Shown here: positions 14,260 to 23,677 of the stretch, in pieces
Layout: each line of letters opens with the position of its first letter
How positions within the stretch are numbered: position 1 is the stretch's first letter
Source of the DNA: a virus
Lineage: Duplodnaviria > Caudoviricetes
DNA length: 27,907 nucleotides
IMG/VR virus record: IMGVR_UViG_3300002091_000096
Location: 1-27,907 of that record
Reading direction: 5' to 3' (one strand)
Made by a program: the position numbers and the translations under genes
The notes under the pieces: generated by a model
Told to the model about the DNA's origin: nothing
The model's input: the letters and a program-made list of their open reading frames with translations, nothing else
Databases searched by the model: none

Positions 14260-15625
14260 TGCGGCCTCGCGTGTCTCGCCAGCCGTAAGTGTAGATGTAT
14301 TGAGAAAGGCCTCCGGCACCCGGTTGCGCGACGTATATCTGCGCCGAGGTATTCGTCGCCGGGCCTATGACGGAGTTACTTGAAGAAGATCCGTTTGCCG
14401 CATCGCCTTCGTAGTGCTTCCCCACTGTGAACAGCAACGTGGCGTCGGCGGCGGGGGCATATTGCACGACGGCGTTATTGTTATTAACGGCGGATGCCAC
14501 TACCGTTGTGAACGGCTCGACAATAACCCCTGTCGGCACACTAAGCGTCTTCAGGGCGGCAACGGCGGTGCCGCCACCTAAGGTGTAATCGAGATTTTCG
14601 AGACGATAGAAATCGTCGCCTAGCTGATTGAACTTCACCCACTGAGCGGAGCCGTTGGTCTGCATCGAGCCGATGCGCCGGAACTGCGTGTAATTGGTCG
14701 GCAGCGTCGGGGACATAGCGCTAAGAGAAGTCAGCACGTCGACCACGCCCGTGTCCGGTCGGCGGATCAGATGCACATGGTACCAAGTCGTGTTGGCAAT
14801 CGCGCCGGTATCGAGCGAACCGCTGCCGGTGCCGACCGCCCATGCCGAGGTCGTCTTAGTATATGCAGACGCCAGCGACATGACGAACGCGCTCGTTGTG
14901 TCCGTTGCAACGCCTGTTGCGATGCCGAAAGTTCCAGAGCTGCCTGCGGTCGAGAGCGTGAGGCCAGCAAGATAGGACCGCAGCGACGCATTCAAACCGC
15001 TGACAGCCACCGCGACGGCGGCGCCAACAAAGGCCGTAGTTGCTACCTTGGTTGTGCTGTTGCCGGCAGCCTGCGTTGCGGCGGTAGATGCTTGGCTGAT
15101 GATCTGGAAGACCGGCGTCGTCGCCACAACCTCGACAACCACGATCCGGGAAGCCTGAAGTTCCCCGGCCGCCAGGGCGCTGCCATCCGTGCCGACGACC
15201 GAACCCGCGCCGACGCCATTGACGTTCAGGGTGACGGTGGTTGTGTTGGCAGACGCGCCGGTCTTGAAGCTGAACTTCTGCCCGATGGCATAGGCCGTAA
15301 TTACAGGCGACAGCGTGAGTGTGATAACGTCGGCCGTTCCACCGGCCGCAGCATAGATGCCACCGCCATCCTGGATCTGGCCCATCGAGGCGTATTGCGT
15401 GCGCGCCGTGGCATCGCCTACGCCCGTGAATTTGAAGCCCGACATAGCCTGATTGGCCGAAATCGTGCTTTGGCCGTCCGTCGTCCAGCACGTCGAGAGC
15501 GCCGTCGAAATATCGGCAAGCAACGTGTTCCAGTCTGCGGGCGTCGCATCCTGTCCCGAGATGGCGGGGTTCCATGAGCCGGGAAGGCTCGGCGCAGAGT
15601 AAACCCCACTACCGTTGAATGGCAC
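14252..15625 (-). CDS. Tail fibre protein
   Basis: Podovirus fibre N-terminus (V)PFNGSGVY..ADISTALS..DGQ; STTKVATTAFV; C-terminal head domain ..FRRIGS..; GTG start at 15625. Confidence 0.85.
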   Translation of the reverse strand: MPFNGSGVYSAPSLPGSWNPAISGQDATPADWNTLLADISTALSTCWTTDGQSTISANQAMSGFKFTGVGDATARTQYASMGQIQDGGGIYAAAGGTADVITLTLSPVITAYAIGQKFSFKTGASANTTTVTLNVNGVGAGSVVGTDGSALAAGELQASRIVVVEVVATTPVFQIISQASTAATQAAGNSTTKVATTAFVGAAVAVAVSGLNASLRSYLAGLTLSTAGSSGTFGIATGVATDTTSAFVMSLASAYTKTTSAWAVGTGSGSLDTGAIANTTWYHVHLIRRPDTGVVDVLTSLSAMSPTLPTNYTQFRRIGSMQTNGSAQWVKFNQLGDDFYRLENLDYTLGGGTAVAALKTLSVPTGVIVEPFTTVVASAVNNNNAVVQYAPAADATLLFTVGKHYEGDAANGSSSSNSVIGPATNTSAQIYVAQPGAGGLSQYIYTYGWRDTRGRND

Positions 15626-17738
15626 TTGCTTCCCTCCCTGCGAGGCCGCCACCGGCTTGAGCGAGGCCGGCGGCTACGGGCGTTCCCGCCGCGCGCTGTT
15701 GAAGAATTTGAGCGATTAGGTCGAGGGTCCGGCGCTGCGTTTCCGGGTTGGCATCCAGCAGCATTCGGCCGATCTGGTTGCGGACGGCCTCATTGGGGCT
15801 CGCCACCCAATTAACCGCCGAACGCAAGCCCTCTTGGATGCGTGGAAATACGCCGTGTTCCGTGCCCTTGAGCGAGATGTTGTTGCCGAGGTCGGCGGCT
15901 GCGCCGAGGAGGTCATCGGCCGTGTGCGGGCCGCCCTGATAGCGGTTGGCGGTGTTGGCAAAGATGCCTTCCGTACCAGACTGGCGGATGAGGTTTTCTG
16001 CCTCGTTCGGCAGGGCGGAGCGGATCGACTGCTGCACGCCATTCTCGCCGCCACCAAAGGCGATATCTCGAGCAAGGCCGCGCGCACCCGTCAGGGTCTG
16101 CGCCTTGTCACGAACGGCGTTGATCGCGCCTGCACGGGTTGCCGCCGCCTGCTGGGCGGTCGAGTTCTGCAACAAGTCGGCAATGCCAGGGGCCGACGAT
16201 TCCGTCGCCTGCTCGCCCATGCCGCGCTTGAAGATGGACGCGCCAGCGGTGTAACGCTCCGGCAGGGATGCCGCTTCGGCATAGGCGCGATCTGCGGCGG
16301 CCAATTCAGGATTGGCGGCCTTTAGCGTCCTCACGAAATCGTCGGATGTCTGCTGCCAGTAGTGCGCCGTGCTGCTGGGGCGTCCGCTGGGTTCAAGGCC
16401 GAGGTTCTGAATCTCGCGCTTGACCTTGTGCATCACGTCGATAATGGAAGCCGGCGCGCGGTTGGTTCCCGCACGGGCCGCCTGTTCGCTTGCCAGTACG
16501 CGCTCAACCGCCTTTGATACTTCTGGACTTTCCTCGAGGAAGCGCGAAATACCGGGCGAGTTCTTGAAGCCAGCCTCCTCCATAGCGCCGTATGCACGCT
16601 GCCCAACCGCGCGCAGGTTCTGGTCGAATACCTGCCCCTCTCCGGTCAGCGCGAAGTGAGACGGCGGCGGCGCATTGCCTTCAGCGGCCTGCACCATGCG
16701 GTCGCCCGTGCGCCCGATGCGGCCGACGCCTTCGCGCGGAGAAAAGAAGTCCTGTGCAAGCTGGCGTGTCTCGCCGGGGAGCGTCTTGGCGTTGACGCCC
16801 TGCTGCAAGAGGCTTTGGCTGATATCGGACGGGATGGCTTCGGGGCCGAGGCGTGCCAGTTCTGCCTGCGCCGCCTCCGGGGTCAGCCGGTCGCGCTGGA
16901 ACGTGGTCGCCAGCCGCTGCGCTGCGCCCTGCTCTGCCGAAAGGGTGGGAGCGGGCGGTGGCTCTGGCGGCCGGATGCCTTGGGCAGCCGCACGCGCATT
17001 GCCGGCCCGGCCAAGCAAAGCCTGCGCGATATTGTTGATGGGATCGAGGACCATGCGGCCCGGTGCGCTTTCAGCCACGCTCCGGCCGACTGCCGCCAGC
17101 GGGCGCGTCAATGCACCGACGCCGCCACCGATGGCGCCACCGATGGCGCCCTTCGTAAGCCGGTCTTCTGTCCCCTCGCCTTCGCCAAACCCGGCCGCAC
17201 CACCCAATGCAGCACCGACGCCTGCGGTCTTGGCGACGTTCATAATGGCAGACGGGCCGACAGCGGTAGCAGCCGCCGGCAACGCAAGGGCCGTGGTAGC
17301 GAGGCCGCCCGCCACGTTCGCAGCACCCGCCGCAACGGGGTTGCTGGTCTGAAAGTTCTTCAGCTTCTCGCGCTCTTTCGCCAGTTCCTCGTCATAGCGG
17401 CCCTGGAAGTCGGGCGCGGTCGAGACTGTCTGCGCCTGGGGGCTGCCGCCGATGCTTTCGTCGCGTTGAAGCGCCGGGCCGCGCATCATCCAGTTGGAGA
17501 AGTCGGGCAGCGCAGCGCGAACGCCGGCCGTGAGTTCGTCGCCAAAATTGAACGTAGCGCCGCCGCCGAATGCCTGCGCGAGATTATCGCCCGTCACACC
17601 GCCGGACTTCGAGGCCGCGCGAAACTGCTCCGGCGACTTGAAGCCTACCGTTCCGAGGTATTCGTTCAGGTCAGCCTCGGGCGCTCCCTGGTCGATCATC
17701 CGGGAGAGGTTGCGCTTGATGAGGGCGATATCTGCCAT
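15609..17738 (-). CDS. Large internal virion (DNA ejection) protein
   Basis: About 710 aa, Ala/Gly-rich with hydrophobic glycine-zipper segments (GATFNFGDEL..); ejection-block position. Confidence 0.75.
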   Translation of the reverse strand: MADIALIKRNLSRMIDQGAPEADLNEYLGTVGFKSPEQFRAASKSGGVTGDNLAQAFGGGATFNFGDELTAGVRAALPDFSNWMMRGPALQRDESIGGSPQAQTVSTAPDFQGRYDEELAKEREKLKNFQTSNPVAAGAANVAGGLATTALALPAAATAVGPSAIMNVAKTAGVGAALGGAAGFGEGEGTEDRLTKGAIGGAIGGGVGALTRPLAAVGRSVAESAPGRMVLDPINNIAQALLGRAGNARAAAQGIRPPEPPPAPTLSAEQGAAQRLATTFQRDRLTPEAAQAELARLGPEAIPSDISQSLLQQGVNAKTLPGETRQLAQDFFSPREGVGRIGRTGDRMVQAAEGNAPPPSHFALTGEGQVFDQNLRAVGQRAYGAMEEAGFKNSPGISRFLEESPEVSKAVERVLASEQAARAGTNRAPASIIDVMHKVKREIQNLGLEPSGRPSSTAHYWQQTSDDFVRTLKAANPELAAADRAYAEAASLPERYTAGASIFKRGMGEQATESSAPGIADLLQNSTAQQAAATRAGAINAVRDKAQTLTGARGLARDIAFGGGENGVQQSIRSALPNEAENLIRQSGTEGIFANTANRYQGGPHTADDLLGAAADLGNNISLKGTEHGVFPRIQEGLRSAVNWVASPNEAVRNQIGRMLLDANPETQRRTLDLIAQILQQRAAGTPVAAGLAQAGGGLAGREASAIQR

Positions 17739-19390
17739 CACTCAAGCCCGTATTTCTGCCGCAGATCCGCGCCTTTGGCGTTCGGGACGTCGGTTTTCTT
17801 GGTGTACGGAACCTCAGGGAATGGCGTGATGACGTTCTGTGGGTTGGCGTTGCTGCGCTGGGCGATGCCCGTGAAGGTCTGCGCGAGGTTGTCATGCGCG
17901 ACTTTGTACGCCTCGTATCGGCTGCCCATTTCGTTGAGCAGCTTTTCCTTCACGTCGGGGCCGAGTGCGGAATTGCCCGCCAAGCCAGCCACGAGGCCCT
18001 TGATCCGGTCGCTGGCGCCCGCCGTCGCAATGACCATGTTCGACTCCTGGTCGCGCACGACCGAGCCGGGGTCCATCATCGTCGCAAAGGCGTAGACCAT
18101 GTTCAGGTCGGATGCCTTGCTGTTCTGCCTTGCCGCCTCGACGGCCGAACGGAACACGGTCGCGGCCTTGCGATAGTCCTTCACCGGCTGGAGATTATTG
18201 AAGTCGTCGCGGAGCTTGCCCTCGTTGGTGATGTTCTCCTGCGGCTGCTTCAGGGACTGCGCGCGGTTCTCCTTGTCGATGTCTCCAAGATGAGCGGCCT
18301 GCACCTCTTGCGCCTTCTGTTGCAACGCGGCGGCGCGGGCCGGATCTCCGGACCTGTAGGCGGCCTGCGCCTGCCGCGAGAGTTCGGCGGCGGCGGGGCT
18401 GATCTGCGGGGCTGCGGGGGCCTGCGGTGCGGCCTGCGGGGGCATGGAGCCATCCGCGCTGCCCTGCGGCGTCGGGCCTTGCATGTTGATGGTGAGCGGC
18501 TGGCCGGGCTGCTGGGCATTGCCACCGCCTGCCGCATTCACGAAGGTATCGGCGGTGACGCCCTGCGGGACGCCGCCCTTTTCCTTCTTGGTCACGGCCT
18601 CCATGAACTGCGCGAAGGCGACGGGGTCCTTCTGTAGCTCGCCAAGGGGCATGCCCGGATTGATGCCGGTGCCTTCCGCGACCTGTCGGATATACTGGTT
18701 CGTGTCGTTCTCGGTCGGCGGCGCCCACTTGGCGATTGCCTGCGCAACCGTCGTGTTGGGATTGGCCTGCACATAGGCGCCGAAATTCTTCGCCATGGCA
18801 TTGGCGCCGGCCTGCGCCGTGTTGAACGTCTCGAAACCGTTCTGTGGCGGTCCCTTGTCTTCCCACGGCAGGTTGGTGGCGCGGATGTTGCCCAGGTTGT
18901 TGTTGAAGCCACCCGGCGCGGGCTGGCCCTGCGGCAGGGGTGGGGTGGCGGCAGACTGAGGCCCGACAGGCTGCGCGCCCGGCACAACCCCGCCCGCCGC
19001 CGTGTAGGCGTTTGTGCTTACCTGCCGCTTGTCGTCGAGTTCCATCTGCCGCCCGGCAAGCTGGGCGATCAGCGGAGCGGCCAGATCAGGGTTGCGGAGA
19101 CCCTTGGCGGCGGCGACGCGCTCCTCGGTCGTCTTGGCGCCGAGTAGGCCGGCAAGCCCCTGAATATCGGCCTGCCGTTCATCCTCCTGTGCGCGCATCG
19201 CCTGCCCGCTCATAAAGCCGCCAAGGCCGCCCTGGAGGGCTCTGGCGAGACCTTCCAGTGGCGACCGGACCGGCTCCATGGATGATCCAGACTGCTGCAA
19301 TTTGCGAGCGAACTCCAACTGCGCCCGGTTGGGGTCGATCTGCTGCTTCTGTTGTAGTAGCAGCGATGCAAGCATCCCGTTGTCAGCCAT
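17738..19390 (-). CDS. Internal virion protein with lysozyme-like muralytic domain
   Basis: NNNLGNIR..FETF..G..A..TVAQAIAKWAPPTENDTNQYI motif; start ATG 19390. Confidence 0.8.
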   Translation of the reverse strand: MADNGMLASLLLQQKQQIDPNRAQLEFARKLQQSGSSMEPVRSPLEGLARALQGGLGGFMSGQAMRAQEDERQADIQGLAGLLGAKTTEERVAAAKGLRNPDLAAPLIAQLAGRQMELDDKRQVSTNAYTAAGGVVPGAQPVGPQSAATPPLPQGQPAPGGFNNNLGNIRATNLPWEDKGPPQNGFETFNTAQAGANAMAKNFGAYVQANPNTTVAQAIAKWAPPTENDTNQYIRQVAEGTGINPGMPLGELQKDPVAFAQFMEAVTKKEKGGVPQGVTADTFVNAAGGGNAQQPGQPLTINMQGPTPQGSADGSMPPQAAPQAPAAPQISPAAAELSRQAQAAYRSGDPARAAALQQKAQEVQAAHLGDIDKENRAQSLKQPQENITNEGKLRDDFNNLQPVKDYRKAATVFRSAVEAARQNSKASDLNMVYAFATMMDPGSVVRDQESNMVIATAGASDRIKGLVAGLAGNSALGPDVKEKLLNEMGSRYEAYKVAHDNLAQTFTGIAQRSNANPQNVITPFPEVPYTKKTDVPNAKGADLRQKYGLE

Positions 19391-20109
19391 CAACCAATCT
19401 CCGTCTGGAGATGCGCCCAATGCGGGGCGACTGCAACGGCAACCAGTGCGAGCTTCGCCTGATAGGCCGAGTGTAGGGTGGTATGATGCTTGGCAAGATA
19501 TGCCGCTCGGCCTTCGTTCCACCACGCCGGGCACGTCGCGCACCCGGGGGCCTGTACGCCGTTCTCGTAGACGCGGCAGATCGGGGCACCGACCTTACGC
19601 AGATAGGCAAACACGTCCTCGTGGGACCAGTCGAGCAGCGGCAGCCACAAGTCATAGCCGAGCCCCGTGGGACCATTTTCGTGCGGAAGGCTCTTCATAT
19701 CGGCGCGCTTGGTTCCCCTGATGACCAAGGTGCAGCCGTCTTTCAGCGCGGCCTCGTGCATCGGCACCATGATATTGAAGGCACAGCACTCGAAACGGTC
19801 CACGATGCGTAGATCGCTCATGCCGATCTTCACGCCCAGCGGGGTGCAGGAACTCGGTACCAGATCGCTCGGCATACCGAACCGGGCCTGCCAGCCTGCG
19901 GCATTCGTCTCGATCTTGACGAACCGGGGCACCATTGCGGCGACTTCAGCCACAATCTCGGCCACTTCCGGCAATAAATCCCCGGTATCGACGTGGTAAA
20001 TCGTCAGCCGGTCCCAATACGGGCGCAGCAGATGAACGAGGGCCAGACTGTCCTTGCCGCCGCTGAACTGGAGCGCGATATTCTTGTGGGGCGAAAGGTG
20101 ATCCATCAT
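19390..20109 (-). CDS. PAPS/APS reductase-family protein
   Basis: PP-loop FSGGKDS, VDTG, CC pair, G.KRAD, PLLDWS..DV..YL, CATC. Confidence 0.9.
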   Translation of the reverse strand: MMDHLSPHKNIALQFSGGKDSLALVHLLRPYWDRLTIYHVDTGDLLPEVAEIVAEVAAMVPRFVKIETNAAGWQARFGMPSDLVPSSCTPLGVKIGMSDLRIVDRFECCAFNIMVPMHEAALKDGCTLVIRGTKRADMKSLPHENGPTGLGYDLWLPLLDWSHEDVFAYLRKVGAPICRVYENGVQAPGCATCPAWWNEGRAAYLAKHHTTLHSAYQAKLALVAVAVAPHWAHLQTEIG

Positions 20110-20323
20110 GCGACTTTGGCTTGTGCTTCTTCTGTGCGTTTCCGCATGTGCGGGGCGCGCGACAGTCGATGGAACGGAGAAGGGCGGCGTGGCGACTTGG
20201 TGGAACCAGCCAGACCCGGCGCCCGCAATGAAGGCCGCCACGGAGCATTGTGCTCGCTACAACAGGATAGCGAAGCCGACGCAGGTTGAGTGGACGGGGA
20301 TGTTGACGTTCTCATGTGAGTAA
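20108..20323 (+). CDS. Small lipoprotein on the counter strand (possible superinfection exclusion)
   Basis: Signal MRLWLVLLLCVSAC lipobox; A..HCARY.R.A and final FSC; AAGGTGA SD. Confidence 0.8.
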   Translation: MRLWLVLLLCVSACAGRATVDGTEKGGVATWWNQPDPAPAMKAATEHCARYNRIAKPTQVEWTGMLTFSCE

Positions 20324-21202
20324 TCACATGGCCGCCAAGCCGAAGTAGGTGCCGGCCGCTCCAAGGCCCGCGCCGCCAAGCCCGAACAAGCCGCCCATGG
20401 TGGAGTTGTTGGCGCTCTGCTGCGTCTGGTATTGCTGCATCTGGCCCGCATACGAGTTGTAGTAGGGGCTCGTAATGTCGGTGTTCGCGATGTTCGCCTG
20501 CGTCGGCTGGGCATAGGTCGGGCTCTGCACGCCGCCGCCAAGGCCCATCAGCGTGCTGTAGTCCTGAAGGGGCTGATTGCGGAGGCTCTGCGTCTCGTTG
20601 ATGGACTGGTTTCGCAGGGTCTGAGCCTGCGACAGGTTCTGTCCAGCGATGTTGCCCGCGTTGATGGTCGCCTGATTGGATGCGTCCACCCGTGCCCGGT
20701 TGATCGGATCGAGCGCCCGCGTGTAGGCTTCCGAGCCCTCCGTAATGCCCTGGTTGGCAAGCTGGGTCTTTTGCGCGGTTTCCGAGCGGTCCAGATCCGT
20801 GTTGCTGCGCGCCGTCAGGGCGCTATAGGCGTCGTTCCGTAGCTGCGTCTGATCGGTCGGCAGCTTGGGCGCGTTGTCGAAATTGAGCGGCGTATTGACG
20901 GCAGTATTGACCTGCCCCATCACGTTCTTGGCCGTGTCGAGGGCGCCGGACTGTAGGCCCGTGGTCTTGTCGTAGATCGCCTGCTGCTCGGGGCTCAGGA
21001 TCTGTGTCGCCGTGTAGGACGGCACCCAATTTCCGCCAACGTCCTTCCCGCCTGTTTCGGTGTACGTCAGGTTGCCATAGGGCGTGACCTGATTGGTATT
21101 CCCGAGGGTCGCGTTCGCGATGCCGGTCTGGACGTTCTGCGTCGCCTGCTGCTGGCCGATCTGTGTTGGATTCGGCGTCTGGGGAGCGGAGGGGCTTTGC
21201 AT
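20324..21202 (-). CDS. Internal virion pilot/ejection protein
   Basis: Q/N/T-rich; NQVTPYGNLTY motif; C-terminal GGLFGLGGAGLG hydrophobic tail. Confidence 0.8.
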   Translation of the reverse strand: MQSPSAPQTPNPTQIGQQQATQNVQTGIANATLGNTNQVTPYGNLTYTETGGKDVGGNWVPSYTATQILSPEQQAIYDKTTGLQSGALDTAKNVMGQVNTAVNTPLNFDNAPKLPTDQTQLRNDAYSALTARSNTDLDRSETAQKTQLANQGITEGSEAYTRALDPINRARVDASNQATINAGNIAGQNLSQAQTLRNQSINETQSLRNQPLQDYSTLMGLGGGVQSPTYAQPTQANIANTDITSPYYNSYAGQMQQYQTQQSANNSTMGGLFGLGGAGLGAAGTYFGLAAM

Positions 21203-21204
21203 AA

Positions 21205-21687
21205 CTAGGCACCTCCGCCCGAAAGATGACGCCAGTTCTCTTGGCGCTTGAGCGAGCCTACATACCGACCGCTGATCCCGTAGCGCGCGCCAATCTCCTT
21301 GTGGACACCAGATGCCCGGAGAATCTCCCGAACATCATTTGCCGTTAGCTTGCTGCGCGCCGACAGTTCCCCACATAGATGACGACCCTTTCGGACCTTG
21401 TCGGATACGTTCTCCTGGTTCGTGCCAGCCCAAAGATGCGATGGCTCAATGCACGCGCGATTGTCGCAGGAGTGGCAGATGTGCGCGCCAGACGGGATCG
21501 GGCCTTTAGCCTCCGCAAATGCGGCCCGATGAACAAGACGCAACTTCCCGCCGAATTTGATATGCCCGTAGCCGTAAGAATCCACGCTCCCGCGCCACAG
21601 CAGGCAGCCGTTTTCCTGCCTCTCTGATAGTGCAGTCAACCTCTCAACAAGAGGCATTCCCTTGGGAAACTGACGACGACGCGCCAT
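21205..21687 (-). CDS. HNH homing endonuclease 3 with C-terminal HTH
   Basis: NGCLLW..GYG..VHRAA..ICHSCDNRACIEPSHLWAGT..EN. Confidence 0.9.
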   Translation of the reverse strand: MARRRQFPKGMPLVERLTALSERQENGCLLWRGSVDSYGYGHIKFGGKLRLVHRAAFAEAKGPIPSGAHICHSCDNRACIEPSHLWAGTNQENVSDKVRKGRHLCGELSARSKLTANDVREILRASGVHKEIGARYGISGRYVGSLKRQENWRHLSGGGA

Positions 21688-22136
21688 CACGCAGCCTTGC
21701 GGGCCTCATCGGCCAATGGATATTTCCACTCCGGCCGAATGATCCGCAGCGTCGCTGCATGATGTCCTCGGCCGTAGTAGTGGGCCGAAACTCCCTCTTC
21801 GATGAACCCTAGCTGCTTAAGAAAGCGCCTAGCGGCTGTGTTCTTGGTCGAGGTGCGTGCCCACAATCGGAATACTCCGAGCTTTCCGAATGCATACTCG
21901 CCAAGTTCCGCGAGGATTCGGGGGCCGAAGGCGTGCCGGCTAATCGCGGCACCCGATAATTCTAGCGTAGAAAAGGCCGGACGCCAACAATCAAATACAA
22001 CCCCAGCGACCAAAGCCCCATCGTCACGGATGACGCCGAATGCCTTGAAACCCGGATTGAACACCGGCCGCTCGATAGGCGCGAGATTGGCAACGAACCG
22101 CGCCACCGTCTCGTCATGACCCTCAAGGAGCCTCAA
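21687..22136 (-). CDS. GNAT-fold morphogenesis-block acetyltransferase
   Basis: LVAGVVF..YAF..LGV.RL.ART..N..A..FL..LGF..EG; usual podovirus position after the tail nozzle; TTG start. Confidence 0.8.
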   Translation of the reverse strand: MRLLEGHDETVARFVANLAPIERPVFNPGFKAFGVIRDDGALVAGVVFDCWRPAFSTLELSGAAISRHAFGPRILAELGEYAFGKLGVFRLWARTSTKNTAARRFLKQLGFIEEGVSAHYYGRGHHAATLRIIRPEWKYPLADEARKAA

Positions 22137-23677
22137 TAGATGCCTCCACGTTGAGACACGAGGTTGAAGCTATTCATCTGCAAGCCGGAACCGTTGACTG
22201 AGCCCGCGATATTGATGCTGGCCCAGGTGCCGATGGCGCCCACCGACTGCCAGCGCGCATCCAAGACGTTCGTGCCGCCCCAGGTGCCGGGCCATGTGAA
22301 GGGCCACGTCATGCCCGCAACCGCAGGACTGTCGATATAGCCGGTCGGCGCCACCGTCTGGAAATCGACATCGACCTGAATGGCGAACGAGGCCGAGCCG
22401 CCTGTCAGCATCACGGGCTGAACGGCCGTGAATTGCTTGTTCGTGGCCCCGGCGTGCATCTGCCAAGCCGTGCGGCACGAGAACTGGATCGAGCCGGAGT
22501 TGTCCAGATAGCCGTTGTCGGCCTGATAGACCGTGCCGGCGTTCCCGCCGAAATAAAGCAGATCGTTGGCAACCGCCCAGCAGCCGGCGTTCATGCCTGT
22601 GAACTGCGTCCATGAGCCGGTGACGGTGTTCATCACGAGCTGGCTTTGGCTGCTGTCGGAAGCCGCTGGGACGTTCACGATCAGGTAACGGGATTTCGGA
22701 TAGACACAGGGCTGCCAGCCGAAGTTGAGCCGATAGCTGCTCGCAAGCTGGCTGAATAGCGTCTGGATCTTGGCGGTGACGGCGGCCTTCTGCCCGGCCG
22801 AGCGGTCGAACTGCAATGCGGCCTGCATCGAAATCACGCCATCCTGGGTAATGATCGTCAGGTCGCCATTAAGCCGCGCCATGCAGCGCCGGCCGATGGG
22901 CTTGCCCACGTCGAACATGCCCACCAGGGAGAACGTCGTGGCGCTGTCCGGGTCGGTGCCCTGATAGACGGCCACCTCGCCGTTATTGGTCACGACCGTC
23001 AGGAAGTCGTCAGGTCCCTCCCCCGCGTCACGGGAGAAGCTGCCGATTGCCATGATGTAGCCGCCTCGGCGGAACACGGAGCCCAGCGAGAACAGGCTGG
23101 CAGGCCCGGCAATGGCCTCCGTCGCGAGGTAATAGAGATCGAGCGAATTCGCCTTCACGAACCACAGACGCTTCTTGAACTGGCAGACGTTGATGAAGGT
23201 CGAGGACGTGGCCCCGGTGATGGCGGGCGTTGCCCATGTCGTGCCGTCGTAGGAGCGCGCCGAATCCGCCCCGTTGACCGCGATCAGATAGAGGCCGCCG
23301 CTGTTCTCGATGTTCGTCCACTGCCATTTGGCGTTCGACAGACCGGTTACGACAGACGAGGCCGCGCCGGACGATGTGGCGTCCCATATTTTCGAGCCGG
23401 CAGCCGCAAACAGCTTATCGGAACCGCTTGACCCGTTGTAGACCAGCAGCGTCTGCACGGCGTTGGTCATGCCGGTAGACCATGAGGCATGGCCCTTCCG
23501 CACGGCAACGTAGTTCGCTTCCGGGAATACGTTCACCATTGCCACGGCGTCGTCCGGCTTCATGTCGGTATAGGCGTCGCGCGCGTTGATGCCGCCTGTC
23601 GGGGCCGGCAAGGAGAACGACGTGGAGACCTGACGCTGGGCGCGGCCTAGACGGGTCAGGGGGGCCGGGACGAACAT
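22133..23677 (-). CDS. Tail nozzle / packaged-DNA stabilisation protein
   Basis: LPAPTGGINARD N-terminus; long beta-propeller-like sequence; lies after the adaptor. Confidence 0.8.
   Translation of the reverse strand: MFVPAPLTRLGRAQRQVSTSFSLPAPTGGINARDAYTDMKPDDAVAMVNVFPEANYVAVRKGHASWSTGMTNAVQTLLVYNGSSGSDKLFAAAGSKIWDATSSGAASSVVTGLSNAKWQWTNIENSGGLYLIAVNGADSARSYDGTTWATPAITGATSSTFINVCQFKKRLWFVKANSLDLYYLATEAIAGPASLFSLGSVFRRGGYIMAIGSFSRDAGEGPDDFLTVVTNNGEVAVYQGTDPDSATTFSLVGMFDVGKPIGRRCMARLNGDLTIITQDGVISMQAALQFDRSAGQKAAVTAKIQTLFSQLASSYRLNFGWQPCVYPKSRYLIVNVPAASDSSQSQLVMNTVTGSWTQFTGMNAGCWAVANDLLYFGGNAGTVYQADNGYLDNSGSIQFSCRTAWQMHAGATNKQFTAVQPVMLTGGSASFAIQVDVDFQTVAPTGYIDSPAVAGMTWPFTWPGTWGGTNVLDARWQSVGAIGTWASINIAGSVNGSGLQMNSFNLVSQRGGIY

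Noticed and set aside
14177-14383. 68-aa plus-strand ORF
   Set aside because: Antisense to the fibre end and the remnant ORF; no SD or motif.
12519-15625. Diversity-generating retroelement or invertible tail-fibre cassette
   Set aside because: No reverse transcriptase or invertase, and I saw no template/variable repeat pair or inverted crossover sites.
16656-18095. 479-aa plus-strand ORF
   Set aside because: Antisense shadow of the ejection-protein genes.
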